This document shows positions 31,995-39,341 of a stretch of 64,000 bases of DNA, piece after piece. Position 1 is the first letter of the stretch. Every line of letters begins with the position of its first letter. The notes beneath the pieces are model-generated. The model made no database searches and was not told where the DNA came from. It worked only from the letters and a program-made list of their open reading frames with translations. The translations under genes and the position numbers were made by a program. Where the stretch lies: the NCBI GenBank assembly GCA_037442085.1, contig JBBIQY010000001.1, forward strand, positions 46,174 through 110,173, written 5' to 3'. The DNA is from Anaerolineae bacterium. GTDB lineage: Bacteria; Chloroflexota; Anaerolineae; Anaerolineales; UBA6663.

Positions 31995-33431
31995 ATGACT
32001 CAAACCGACTTCATCGTTCTCCTCCCTGCCCTCCTCCTCGCCGCGTGGGCGTGTGTGTTGATGCTGGCCGATTTGTTCGTGCCCGCCAACCGCAAGCAAC
32101 TCACCGGCTGGCTGGCGCTAGTGGGCGTGCTCGGCGCGGGAGCGGGCCTGCTCCCCTGGCCGGCGGGCGGGCGGTGGGAAGCGTTCGGCGGGTTGATCGT
32201 GGCGGACGGCTTCGCCGCGTTCCTCACGCTGCTCTCTCTGTTCAGCGCGGCCATCGTCATCCTGCTAGCGCTCAGCTACCTGCCCCGAGCCGGCCTGGCG
32301 CGCAGCGAGTTTTACATCTTGCTGTTGCTCTCCGTCAGCGGCATGGTGTTGATGAGCCAGGCCGCCGACCTGCTCATCGTCTTCCTGGCGCTGGAGCTGC
32401 TTTCCATCCCGCTCTACATCTTGGCCGGCCTGGCGCGCCCGCGCCTCGCCTCCGAAGAGGCGGCGATGAAGTATTTTCTGCTGGGTGCTTTTGCCTCCGG
32501 CTTCTTCATCTACGGTGTGGCGCTCATCTACGGCGCAACCGGCTCCACCAGCCTGGCGGAGGTTCTGGCGGCCGAGCGCAGCCTGCTGCTGATGCTCGGC
32601 GCGGCGTTGCTGCTGGTGGGGCTGGCCTTCAAAGTTGCCGCCGTGCCTTTCCATATGTGGACGCCGGATGTGTATGACGGCGCACCGTCGGTGGTGACGG
32701 CCTTCATGGCGGTCGGCGCTAAGGTGGGCGGGTTCGCCGCGTTGCTGCGGCTGTTCGTTACCGCCTTCCCGGCAATCACGCCGCAATGGGCCGGCGCCCT
32801 GGCGCTCCTCGCGGCGCTGACGATGATTCTGGGCAACTTCGCCGCCATCGCCCAGAGCAACATTAAACGGATGCTGGCCTACTCCAGTATCGCGCACGCG
32901 GGTTACCTCCTGATGGCCCTGCCGGCGGCCAGCAATGCGCAGTTGAGCGGCGCAGCGGTAGGCGCGGCGCTGTTCTACCTGCTGGCTTACGCGCTGACCA
33001 CGCTCGGCGCCTGGGCGGTGGTCTTGGCCGTCGAGCGGCGCGAACGGGAGGGCCTGGCGCTCGACGACTACGCCGGCCTGTTCAACCGCCAGCCGGCCCT
33101 GGCGCTTGGCATGGCCGTGTTCATGGTCTCGCTCACCGGCCTGCCGCCGACTTCCGGTTTCATCGCTAAGGTAACGGTGTTCCAGGCCGCCGTTGACGCC
33201 GGCTATCTCTGGCTGACGGTGATCGGCGTAGTCACCTCGCTGGTCTCCGCTTATTACTATCTGCGCGTGGTGGTGCTGATGTTCATGCGCCCGGGTGCGG
33301 GTGACGTGCAGTGGCAGCCGCTGATCACCGCAACCGTGGGGGCGGCTGCCGTGGCGACGTTCCTGCTTGGCCTGCTCCCCGGCCCACTGCTGCAACTGGC
33401 GCAGCAGTCGGTCGTGGCATTTATCCGCTGA
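31995..33431 (+). CDS. nuoN: NADH-quinone oxidoreductase subunit N
   Basis: 478 aa, polytopic. Motif FKVAAVPFHMWTPDVYDGAPSVVTAFMAVGAKVG. Confidence 0.92.
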   Translation: MTQTDFIVLLPALLLAAWACVLMLADLFVPANRKQLTGWLALVGVLGAGAGLLPWPAGGRWEAFGGLIVADGFAAFLTLLSLFSAAIVILLALSYLPRAGLARSEFYILLLLSVSGMVLMSQAADLLIVFLALELLSIPLYILAGLARPRLASEEAAMKYFLLGAFASGFFIYGVALIYGATGSTSLAEVLAAERSLLLMLGAALLLVGLAFKVAAVPFHMWTPDVYDGAPSVVTAFMAVGAKVGGFAALLRLFVTAFPAITPQWAGALALLAALTMILGNFAAIAQSNIKRMLAYSSIAHAGYLLMALPAASNAQLSGAAVGAALFYLLAYALTTLGAWAVVLAVERREREGLALDDYAGLFNRQPALALGMAVFMVSLTGLPPTSGFIAKVTVFQAAVDAGYLWLTVIGVVTSLVSAYYYLRVVVLMFMRPGAGDVQWQPLITATVGAAAVATFLLGLLPGPLLQLAQQSVVAFIR

Positions 33432-33554
33432 GCGCAGACTGCAAGGAAGATGTGCGACTTTAACCTGACCCTTCTACACCGCTTACTCTTCGTTAACAAG
33501 CATCCCCCTATACTACGCTCGATCTTGGCGAAGTAATCAACCCGGAGGTTTCCC

Positions 33555-34274
33555 ATGTTGTTCCCGATTTTTGACCCGTTGTATTTGATCCTGACCATCC
33601 CGGCCCTACTGTTCGGCTTGTGGGCACAGTGGCGGGTGTCCTCGGCGGTGAACAAGTATTCGCAGGTCTTCACCGGGCGCGGCAACACCGGCGCCGCTGT
33701 CGCCCGCGCGATGCTCAACGCCTATGGCTTGCACAACATCAGAGTAGAGCGCACGCCCGGCTTCCTGAGCGACCACTACGATCCGCTGAGCAGGACGCTA
33801 CGCCTCTCGCCACAGAACTATGACACGCCCTCGGTGGCAGCGGTGGGCATTGCCGCACACGAAGCCGGCCACGCCCTCCAGCATGCAGAAGGTTATGCGC
33901 CGCTCCAGATTCGTTCGGCTCTGGTGCCGGTGGTGCAGTTTGGCTCGTTCCTCGGCCCGTTGGTGTTCATGGCCGGCTTCTTCCTGGCTTCGGCGGGTAG
34001 CGCGCTGGGCTGGAATATTGCCCTGCTCGGTGTGTTGCTCTTCGGGGCGACCACGCTCTTCTCGCTGATCACGCTGCCGGTGGAGTTCGATGCCAGCCGC
34101 CGCGCCAAGGAGATCCTGGTCAACGCCGGCTTCATCACGGCAGATGAAGGCTCCGGCGTTGCCAAAGTGCTGGATGCCGCCGCGCTGACGTACATCGCCG
34201 CGCTGGTCTCGTCCATCGCCACCCTGTTGTACTATGTGATGCTGCTGGCGGGCCTGCGCCGCAGTGAGGAGTAA
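33555..34274 (+). CDS. Membrane zinc metallopeptidase (YugP/Zn_peptidase_2 family)
   Basis: 239 aa. HEAGHALQH zinc motif, N- and C-terminal TM segments, GGAGG SD at 33544-33548. Confidence 0.8.
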   Translation: MLFPIFDPLYLILTIPALLFGLWAQWRVSSAVNKYSQVFTGRGNTGAAVARAMLNAYGLHNIRVERTPGFLSDHYDPLSRTLRLSPQNYDTPSVAAVGIAAHEAGHALQHAEGYAPLQIRSALVPVVQFGSFLGPLVFMAGFFLASAGSALGWNIALLGVLLFGATTLFSLITLPVEFDASRRAKEILVNAGFITADEGSGVAKVLDAAALTYIAALVSSIATLLYYVMLLAGLRRSEE

Positions 34275-34301
34275 GCGCCGCCGCTGAAAGTGCTGAAAGA
34301 A

Positions 34302-34331
34302 AAGGCGGCTGCCCGCACGGGCAGCCGCCTT
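34302..34331. terminator. Bidirectional intrinsic terminator between convergent genes
   Basis: AAGGCGGCTGCCCG-ca-CGGGCAGCCGCCTT (arms of 13-14 bp). Followed by TTCTTGTT on the + strand and TTTTCTTTC on the - strand. Sits between the stop at 34274 (+) and the stop at 34350 (-). Confidence 0.7.
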
Positions 34332-34349
34332 CTTGTTCCGGGCCGCAGC

Positions 34350-35492
34350 TCAATCCTCCTTTTCGATACGGCGTGCGATCAGCGTGCCGTCAGGCAACTG
34401 CCAGGCTTTGACCTCCACCAAGTCTCCCAGTTGCGGGTTACCGCGAAACTCGGTCTGCGCATTGACGACCACGGCCCGGCCACCGATCACCCACACATCG
34501 CCGGTGGATTCGACGACGCCCTCGAACTCGATCTCTGCCGGCTCCGGCGTCTCGCTCTCTGTAGGTTGAGGCGTGTTGGAAGGGGAGGGGCCGGCGCCGC
34601 CGGACCCAGGCGTTGGTGTGGCTGCCGGCGGTTGGCTCGGTGTAACTGTAGCGGTGGGTGTGCTGGCTGGCGGCGCGGGGGTGTTGGTCGCCGGCAGGCG
34701 TGTGGCGGTTGGGTTGAGGGTATCGGTCGGCGTCACTTGCGGCGTCGGCGTGCTAACGATCAGCGATTGAGTTGGGTCCGGCGGTGTCGCGCTTGGCGTT
34801 GGCGCGATGCCCTCGATGCGTTTCTCCAACCGCGAGGCGACGATCACGCCATCCGCCTGTGTCCGACCCCAGACCTTCACCGTGTCACCGAGGCCAATAT
34901 CGCCCACCAGGCCGGCGCGCACCTGCACAGTAAAACCGGAAATGAGCCAGCGCTCGCCGGTGACGGCCTGCACCCGCCCGGTAAACTCGACCTCGACTTC
35001 GCGCCTCTGTGTGATCACGGCCTGTGTCTCCGCCAGGCGGCGTTGCTCAAACTGCTGTTCCAACACGGCTCGCGTAGGCGCATCGGCGAAGGTGAGCTGG
35101 GTTCGCTCGATCGCGCGTTTGACGGTGTAGAGGAGGTCGCCGGGCAGCGCCTGCGCCGAGACGGAGGCCGCGCCAATCCCGCCGGCGATTAGGACGAGGA
35201 TGATCAGGGCCAGCCGGGCAACGAGGGTCAGTTGCGGCCAGAAGGAAAAGCCGCGCCGCGTCTGCCGACGCAGGTCACGGGCGCGGGTCAGCAGTCTGGC
35301 CAGGCTGGCCTCTTCGCTTTGCTTTGGCACGCGCAGGGGCTGAAGCGGCCGAACGGTCTGTACGGTCAGCAGCATCGGGCGGAGGTCGTCGGCGAACTGC
35401 GGGTAGCGGGACAGTGCGGCGTCCAGCGGGACCCCGGCCTCGAGCGCTCGTAGGCAATCGTCAAACGCTTCGATCAGCTGCTCATCTATCAC
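34350..35492 (-). CDS. Membrane-anchored putative anti-sigma factor with two DUF5666-like beta modules
   Basis: 380 aa. The start overlaps the ECF sigma stop (ATGA at 35489-35492). Cytoplasmic helical N-terminus, one TM (LALIILVLIAGGIGAASV). Modules VEFTGRVQAVTGERWLISGFTVQV and IEFEGVVESTGDVWVIGGRAVVV are separated by a Pro/Thr-rich linker. No zinc-finger HxxxCxxC. Confidence 0.7.
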   Translation of the reverse strand: MIDEQLIEAFDDCLRALEAGVPLDAALSRYPQFADDLRPMLLTVQTVRPLQPLRVPKQSEEASLARLLTRARDLRRQTRRGFSFWPQLTLVARLALIILVLIAGGIGAASVSAQALPGDLLYTVKRAIERTQLTFADAPTRAVLEQQFEQRRLAETQAVITQRREVEVEFTGRVQAVTGERWLISGFTVQVRAGLVGDIGLGDTVKVWGRTQADGVIVASRLEKRIEGIAPTPSATPPDPTQSLIVSTPTPQVTPTDTLNPTATRLPATNTPAPPASTPTATVTPSQPPAATPTPGSGGAGPSPSNTPQPTESETPEPAEIEFEGVVESTGDVWVIGGRAVVVNAQTEFRGNPQLGDLVEVKAWQLPDGTLIARRIEKED

Positions 35493-36037
35493 GATGTCTT
35501 GTCCAATTCAACTAGACGTCTCAAAGAAGCCACCGCCCGAAACTGCAACACCTTAACTGCATTCACCGATTTACCCAGGCTCTGCGCCGTTTCTTCCACC
35601 GACAGCCCCTCACCAAAACGCAGCACCAGTGTGTGTTGCTGTTCGGGAGTAAGCCGGCGCAGCGCCGTGCGTACCGCTCGCGCCTGCAGGTTGTGTTCAG
35701 CCTCGGCGCTGGTCGTGCTGGGCGCGGCGAAGGTTTCATCCAACTCAGCCTGTTCACGGGGCGCATGGCGGAAATGATCGGCCACCAGGTTGCGGGCGAC
35801 GCCAAAGAGCCAGCCACGCAAGGTGACCTGCGGCGTGCGGCCCGTGTGGAGGTTGTCCAAGAAACGAAGGAAGACCTCGCTGGCTAGATCGTCGGCCACT
35901 TCGGTGCGCCCAGTGCGATACAGAACGTAGCGGTAAATCTCACCATAGTAACGGTTGTGAATCTCACTTAGGGCGTGCTCATCCAGCTGGCGGGCTTGCT
36001 CCAGCAGGGTTTTCTCATTTAGTTCTGCTGAGGGCAT
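35489..36037 (-). CDS. ECF-type RNA polymerase sigma factor
   Basis: 182 aa from ATG 36037. Region 2 is YYGEIYRYVLYRTGRTEVADDLASEVFLRFL. The region 4 HTH is LSVEETAQSLGKSVNAVKVLQFRAVASLRR. Confidence 0.85.
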   Translation of the reverse strand: MPSAELNEKTLLEQARQLDEHALSEIHNRYYGEIYRYVLYRTGRTEVADDLASEVFLRFLDNLHTGRTPQVTLRGWLFGVARNLVADHFRHAPREQAELDETFAAPSTTSAEAEHNLQARAVRTALRRLTPEQQHTLVLRFGEGLSVEETAQSLGKSVNAVKVLQFRAVASLRRLVELDKTS

Positions 36038-36044
36038 GTCGCCG

Positions 36045-36053
36045 ATTATAGCA
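36045..36053 (-). promoter_or_regulatory. Extended -10 promoter (TGcTATAAT) 7 nt upstream of the ECF sigma ATG; possible leaderless mRNA
   Basis: The minus strand reads TGCTATAAT (36053 to 36045), then cggcgac, then ATG (A at 36037). No SD. Confidence 0.4.
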
Positions 36054-36059
36054 ACGGTG

Positions 36060-36101
36060 AAAAACGGCGGTGCACGACACATCCCGCGCGCGTCGTGCAC
36101 C
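36060..36101 (-). terminator. Intrinsic terminator after the DUF5666 gene
   Basis: Perfect 10-bp stem GGTGCACGAC (36069-36078) / GTCGTGCACC (36092-36101) with a 13-nt loop. On the minus strand it is followed by GCCGTTTTT. It lies 30 nt downstream of the stop at 36132. Confidence 0.6.
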
Positions 36102-36131
36102 GTTCATTTTTGCCTCAACCCGATGATCGCC

Positions 36132-36971
36132 CTACGGTTTGTCTTTGCCACTGCGGTCGTCGTCATCGTCGTCATCGTCATCGTCGTCATCATCACCGCC
36201 GCGGCCACGTCCTCTATGATCGTCGTCGTCACCCCTTCGGTCATCGTCGCTGCCGCCGCGACCACTGTGGTCATCATCGCTGTCGGCTTTCTCGATCTCG
36301 CGAGCGATGACCGAGCCGTCGGCCTGGAGGCGGCCTTCGATCTTGACGGCGCTGCCGACCTGGGGGTTGCCCTTGATCTCGGTCTGGGGGGTGACGATGA
36401 CGCGGACGCCGTTGACCGTCCACACTTCGCCGCTGATGGCGCTGACGGTGCCGGTGAACTCGACCTCGTTGCCGGCCACAGGCGTCCGGGTCGCGGCCGG
36501 GAGGGCCTTGATCTCGCGAGCGATGACCGAGCCGTCGGCCTGGAGGCGGCCTTCGACCTTGACGGCGCTGCCGACCTGGGGGTTGCCCTTGATCTCGGTC
36601 TGGGGGGTGACGATGACGCGGACGCCGTTGACCGTCCACACTTCGCCGCTGATGGCGCTGACGGTGCCGGTGAACTCGATCTCTGCTCTAGCCATAGCGG
36701 TCGGGGTGGGGACGGGCGTGCCCGTCATGCCGGGCTGCGGAGTATGGGTTGGCTCGACGGTGCCGGTGCCGCCAATTTGCGTATGCGTCGGCTCAAGCGT
36801 TCGAGTCAGGCTGTCATCCATGCCACGGCTTGCCGGCTGGCGGGCCGCCGATCGCAGGACGTTGGCCTCATCTGGAAGTGTCATGGGCGCGCAGGCGGCG
36901 AGCAGCAGACCCGCAAAGAGCGGAAGCACTCGAAAGAGACGCCAGAAGGATGAAAAGACGGGGTTAAACAT
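36132..36971 (-). CDS. Secreted protein with two near-identical DUF5666-like modules and an Asp/Arg/Gly tail containing a 13-Asp run
   Basis: 279 aa. N-terminal signal/TM (LFRVLPLFAGLLLAACAP, lipobox-like). Duplicated module EFTGTVSAISGEVWTVNGVRVIVTPQTEIKGNPQVGSAVK.EGRLQADGSVIAREI. C-terminal tail DSDDDHSGRGGSDDDRRGDDDDHRGRGRGGDDDDDDDDDDDDDRSGKDKP. Confidence 0.8.
   Translation of the reverse strand: MFNPVFSSFWRLFRVLPLFAGLLLAACAPMTLPDEANVLRSAARQPASRGMDDSLTRTLEPTHTQIGGTGTVEPTHTPQPGMTGTPVPTPTAMARAEIEFTGTVSAISGEVWTVNGVRVIVTPQTEIKGNPQVGSAVKVEGRLQADGSVIAREIKALPAATRTPVAGNEVEFTGTVSAISGEVWTVNGVRVIVTPQTEIKGNPQVGSAVKIEGRLQADGSVIAREIEKADSDDDHSGRGGSDDDRRGDDDDHRGRGRGGDDDDDDDDDDDDDRSGKDKP
36294..36683. 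repeat. Tandem duplication, period 216 bp (72 codons), inside the DUF5666 gene
   Basis: 36294-36467 and 36510-36683 (174 bp each) differ at only 2 positions by eye. The 42-bp linker between them is unique. Confidence 0.9.
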
Positions 36972-37068
36972 AAAACCTCTCTCTGTTGGATGTCATTTCA
37001 CCCTTACAGTCGGAGAGGCTGGCGAGGAGTTACGGGATGGAAAATGAGAGTGGGGTAAGCGCCTGTCT

Positions 37069-37146
37069 CTAAACCGGGGGTCTGGCGAAGGCATTGCCTT
37101 CGCCAGACCCGCAACAGCCATCCGGGGTGAAGTTTAGAGACAAGCT
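37069..37146 (+). repeat. 78-nt structured intergenic repeat, copy 2
   Basis: GTCTCTAAAC (37066-37075) pairs perfectly with GTTTAGAGAC (37132-37141). The central 15-bp hairpin is GGGTCTGGCGAAGGC-att-GCCTTCGCCAGACCC. Same orientation and length as 19037-19114. Confidence 0.75.
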
Positions 37147-37177
37147 TTATAGTGAAAAGTTGGGGGTCGGTTAACCC

Positions 37178-38125
37178 CTATTCCTGCCTTTCTACTTTTC
37201 TGACTCCGTCTTCCCTCGTGACCTGGTAATGGTCGAAATCCCGCGCGATGCGGGTGTTGGGAAAGATGCGCTGCGCTTCCTCGAGCACATCGCGCTCACG
37301 GGTGCGGCGCGAGAGGTGGGTAAGGAGCAGGCTGCCGACGCCGGCCTCCCGCGCCAACAGCGCGGCGCGCGCCGCGGTCAGGTGGCCGAACTCGCGCGCC
37401 AGGGCGTCTTCCTCGCTAAGGTAGGTTGCTTCGATCACCAGCGCGTCCGCGTCGCGCGCGACCTTCACCAAGTCGCTCGTTTCGCCGCAGTCGCCGACGT
37501 GCACCAGCCTGACGCCTTTGACCGGCGGGCCGAGCACCTCTTGTGGCTGAACGAGGCGGCCATCGGGCAGGGTGACGGCGCGGCCCGCCACCAGATCACG
37601 GCGGATCGGCCCGGCAGGCACGCCGAGCGCCTCGGCTTTCTCGACCAGAAACGGGCGCTTGCTTTTCTCCTCGAAAACGAAGCCGAACGAATCCGGGCCG
37701 CGGTGCTGGACGGGGAAGGCCGTCACCGTGAAGAACTTGCTCTCGAAGATCGGGCCGGGCTTGATCTCGCACAGTTTCAGCTCGAACGGCAGGCGCGCGC
37801 CCTTGAGCACGATCTCGTAGAGCAGCACGCGGATGCGCTCCAGCGCCCAGCGTCCGCCCCAGATCTCCAGACGCTCGGCGGTCTCCCAGCGGGTAAAGGT
37901 GGAGACCAGGCCGGCCAGCCCGAGGATGTGGTCGAGGTGACCGTGCGTGATGAGCACGCGCTCCAGCCGCTTGAAGCCGAGGCCCGACTGCAAAATCTGG
38001 CGTTGCGTGCCCTCCCCGCAATCCACCAGGAAGCGGTACTCGTTGTGCATGATCATCTGCGCGCTCAAGCTGCGATGCACCGATGGCGCAGAGGCGGAAG
38101 TGCCGAGGAAGACGATCTCGAACAT
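37178..38125 (-). CDS. rnz: Ribonuclease Z (tRNA 3' endonuclease)
   Basis: I prefer the start at MFEIVFLGTSASAPS (38125); the track starts 10 codons earlier at 38155. Metallo-beta-lactamase motif ITHGHLDH. Length of about 315 aa and the overall pattern are typical of short RNase Z. Confidence 0.85.
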   Translation of the reverse strand: MFEIVFLGTSASAPSVHRSLSAQMIMHNEYRFLVDCGEGTQRQILQSGLGFKRLERVLITHGHLDHILGLAGLVSTFTRWETAERLEIWGGRWALERIRVLLYEIVLKGARLPFELKLCEIKPGPIFESKFFTVTAFPVQHRGPDSFGFVFEEKSKRPFLVEKAEALGVPAGPIRRDLVAGRAVTLPDGRLVQPQEVLGPPVKGVRLVHVGDCGETSDLVKVARDADALVIEATYLSEEDALAREFGHLTAARAALLAREAGVGSLLLTHLSRRTRERDVLEEAQRIFPNTRIARDFDHYQVTREDGVRKVERQE

Positions 38126-38163
38126 AAGGCGTGAAAGCGGATTGTACCATCCCATTTCAAGTA

Positions 38164-38252
38164 AGACCCGCAGGGTTGTGGAAACCTGCGGGTCTGGCCC
38201 CTCTTTCTCCGTTCGAGTGAGACCCGCAGGGTTGCGAAAACCCTACGGGTCT
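38164..38252. repeat. Two tandem palindromic (REP-like) units
   Basis: AGACCCGCAGG-gttgtggaaa-CCTGCGGGTCT (38164-38195) and AGACCCGCAGGGTT-gcgaa-AACCCTACGGGTCT (38220-38252). They lie between the PCu(A)C stop and the rnz start. Confidence 0.8.
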
Positions 38253-38271
38253 GGATGGGAGGCGGGAGTGG

Positions 38272-38805
38272 TTACGGGCTGTGCATCGGCGCCTCGCGCA
38301 CCTCGGCTTCAAAGGTCACCGAGCCGGCTTTCTGGAAGTTCAAGGTGAGCGAGACCTTCTCGCCGACTTTGAGATCTCGCTTGAGGCCGATGAGCATGAC
38401 GTGAAAACCGCCGGGCTTCAGCTCGGCGTGGTCATTGGCCGGAACGTCAATGGCCGGCACCTGGAACATCTTCATCACGTCGTTTTCCATCTTGACGTTG
38501 TGCAGCTCGACGGCCTGCGAGACATCGCTGGAGGCGCTGATCAGTTGGTCGGCCTCACCACCCTCGTTGTGGATGGTCATGTAGGCCGCGCTGTTCGCGC
38601 CGCCCATCTCCATGCCGCCCATTTCGGGCGTCGTGTTCGGCATGCCAGCAGCGGGCAGGCTGGCCGCTCGCACCCAAGCATCGGTGATTTTCAGGTTGCC
38701 AACGGTCGCAACGGCGTCATGGTCGTCGTGTTTCTCGGTGGTTGCCGGCGCACAGGCGGCCAGCAGTGCAGACAAAAAGATCACAGCAAAGGATCGCTTG
38801 AGCAT
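38272..38805 (-). CDS. Copper chaperone PCu(A)C (DUF461) lipoprotein
   Basis: I prefer the start at MLKRSFAVIFLSALLAAC (lipobox). Conserved pattern ITDAWVRA...AAYMTIHNEGGEADQLISASS...VELH...M..M...IDVPA...ELKPGGFHVMLIGL with Met/His copper ligands. Confidence 0.8.
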   Translation of the reverse strand: MLKRSFAVIFLSALLAACAPATTEKHDDHDAVATVGNLKITDAWVRAASLPAAGMPNTTPEMGGMEMGGANSAAYMTIHNEGGEADQLISASSDVSQAVELHNVKMENDVMKMFQVPAIDVPANDHAELKPGGFHVMLIGLKRDLKVGEKVSLTLNFQKAGSVTFEAEVREAPMHSP

Positions 38806-38913
38806 TGTCAAATCTCCAAGTTCTGCGAACATGCCTTAACCGGCGCTAGCCGGTCACGGCGTGTGTGGCATGATCCACGATGGTCGAGCTGAGTGTGTGA
38901 CGGAGGAAGCGGA

Positions 38914-39276
38914 CTAGGCCCGCGGGGGCGGTGGCTCCGGCAGGGGACACCAGCCGCCGGCCAACAGGTGAGCCGGCGTGAAGCGAATGGTCAGGCCGGA
39001 CTGCAAACGCCGGAGTAGTGTCGCGGCATCTTCGACAACCGGCAGCGTCGTTGCCCCTGTGTTGGCGCGGAGCAGGACCAGCAGGACGGTGTGTGGGTGC
39101 TCGTCGTGTGCAGCAGAGTCGGCCGGGTTGCGCGACCGTGTCGAGTGATGCAGATGTGCGAACGGCGGCTGGCCAACCAGCCCGCACAGGCACAGGCTTG
39201 GCTGAGAGACAGCAAAGTAAGCGGCCAACAGGCCGGTAAAAACAGAAGCAAGAGCGGATGGACGCTGGCGTTGCAC
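38914..39276 (-). CDS. Hypothetical small His/Cys-containing protein upstream of PCu(A)C (possibly DUF2946-like)
   Basis: 120-aa GTG-initiated ORF. Signal-like N-terminus (LASVFTGLLAAYFAV), CLC and HLHH...HDEHPH. Third-position G+C is only moderate, and three competing ORFs overlap the region. The DUF2946 link rests on size and neighbourhood only. Confidence 0.3.
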   Translation of the reverse strand: MQRQRPSALASVFTGLLAAYFAVSQPSLCLCGLVGQPPFAHLHHSTRSRNPADSAAHDEHPHTVLLVLLRANTGATTLPVVEDAATLLRRLQSGLTIRFTPAHLLAGGWCPLPEPPPPRA

Positions 39277-39341
39277 GGCTGGGATTCTATCAGGGATTGA
39301 TTGTCTTTGACCACCAGCCGCGCCTTGCTATTCAGCCGCCG

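Noticed and set aside
36036-37047. Plus-strand ORFs (36036-36953, 36307-37047) opposite the DUF5666 gene, including poly-Val/Ile runs.
   Set aside because: The poly-V/I and repeated segments are simply the complement of the poly-Asp tail and the 216-bp duplication. The minus-strand frame gives a signal peptide plus recognisable DUF5666 modules.
38846-39314. Alternative ORFs 38846-39193 (-), 38991-39314 (-) and 39018-39239 (+) in the gap upstream of PCu(A)C.
   Set aside because: The translations are Arg/Ala/Pro/Cys-rich with no signal or motif, and they overlap each other. Only 38914-39276 has protein-like features, and even that is low confidence.
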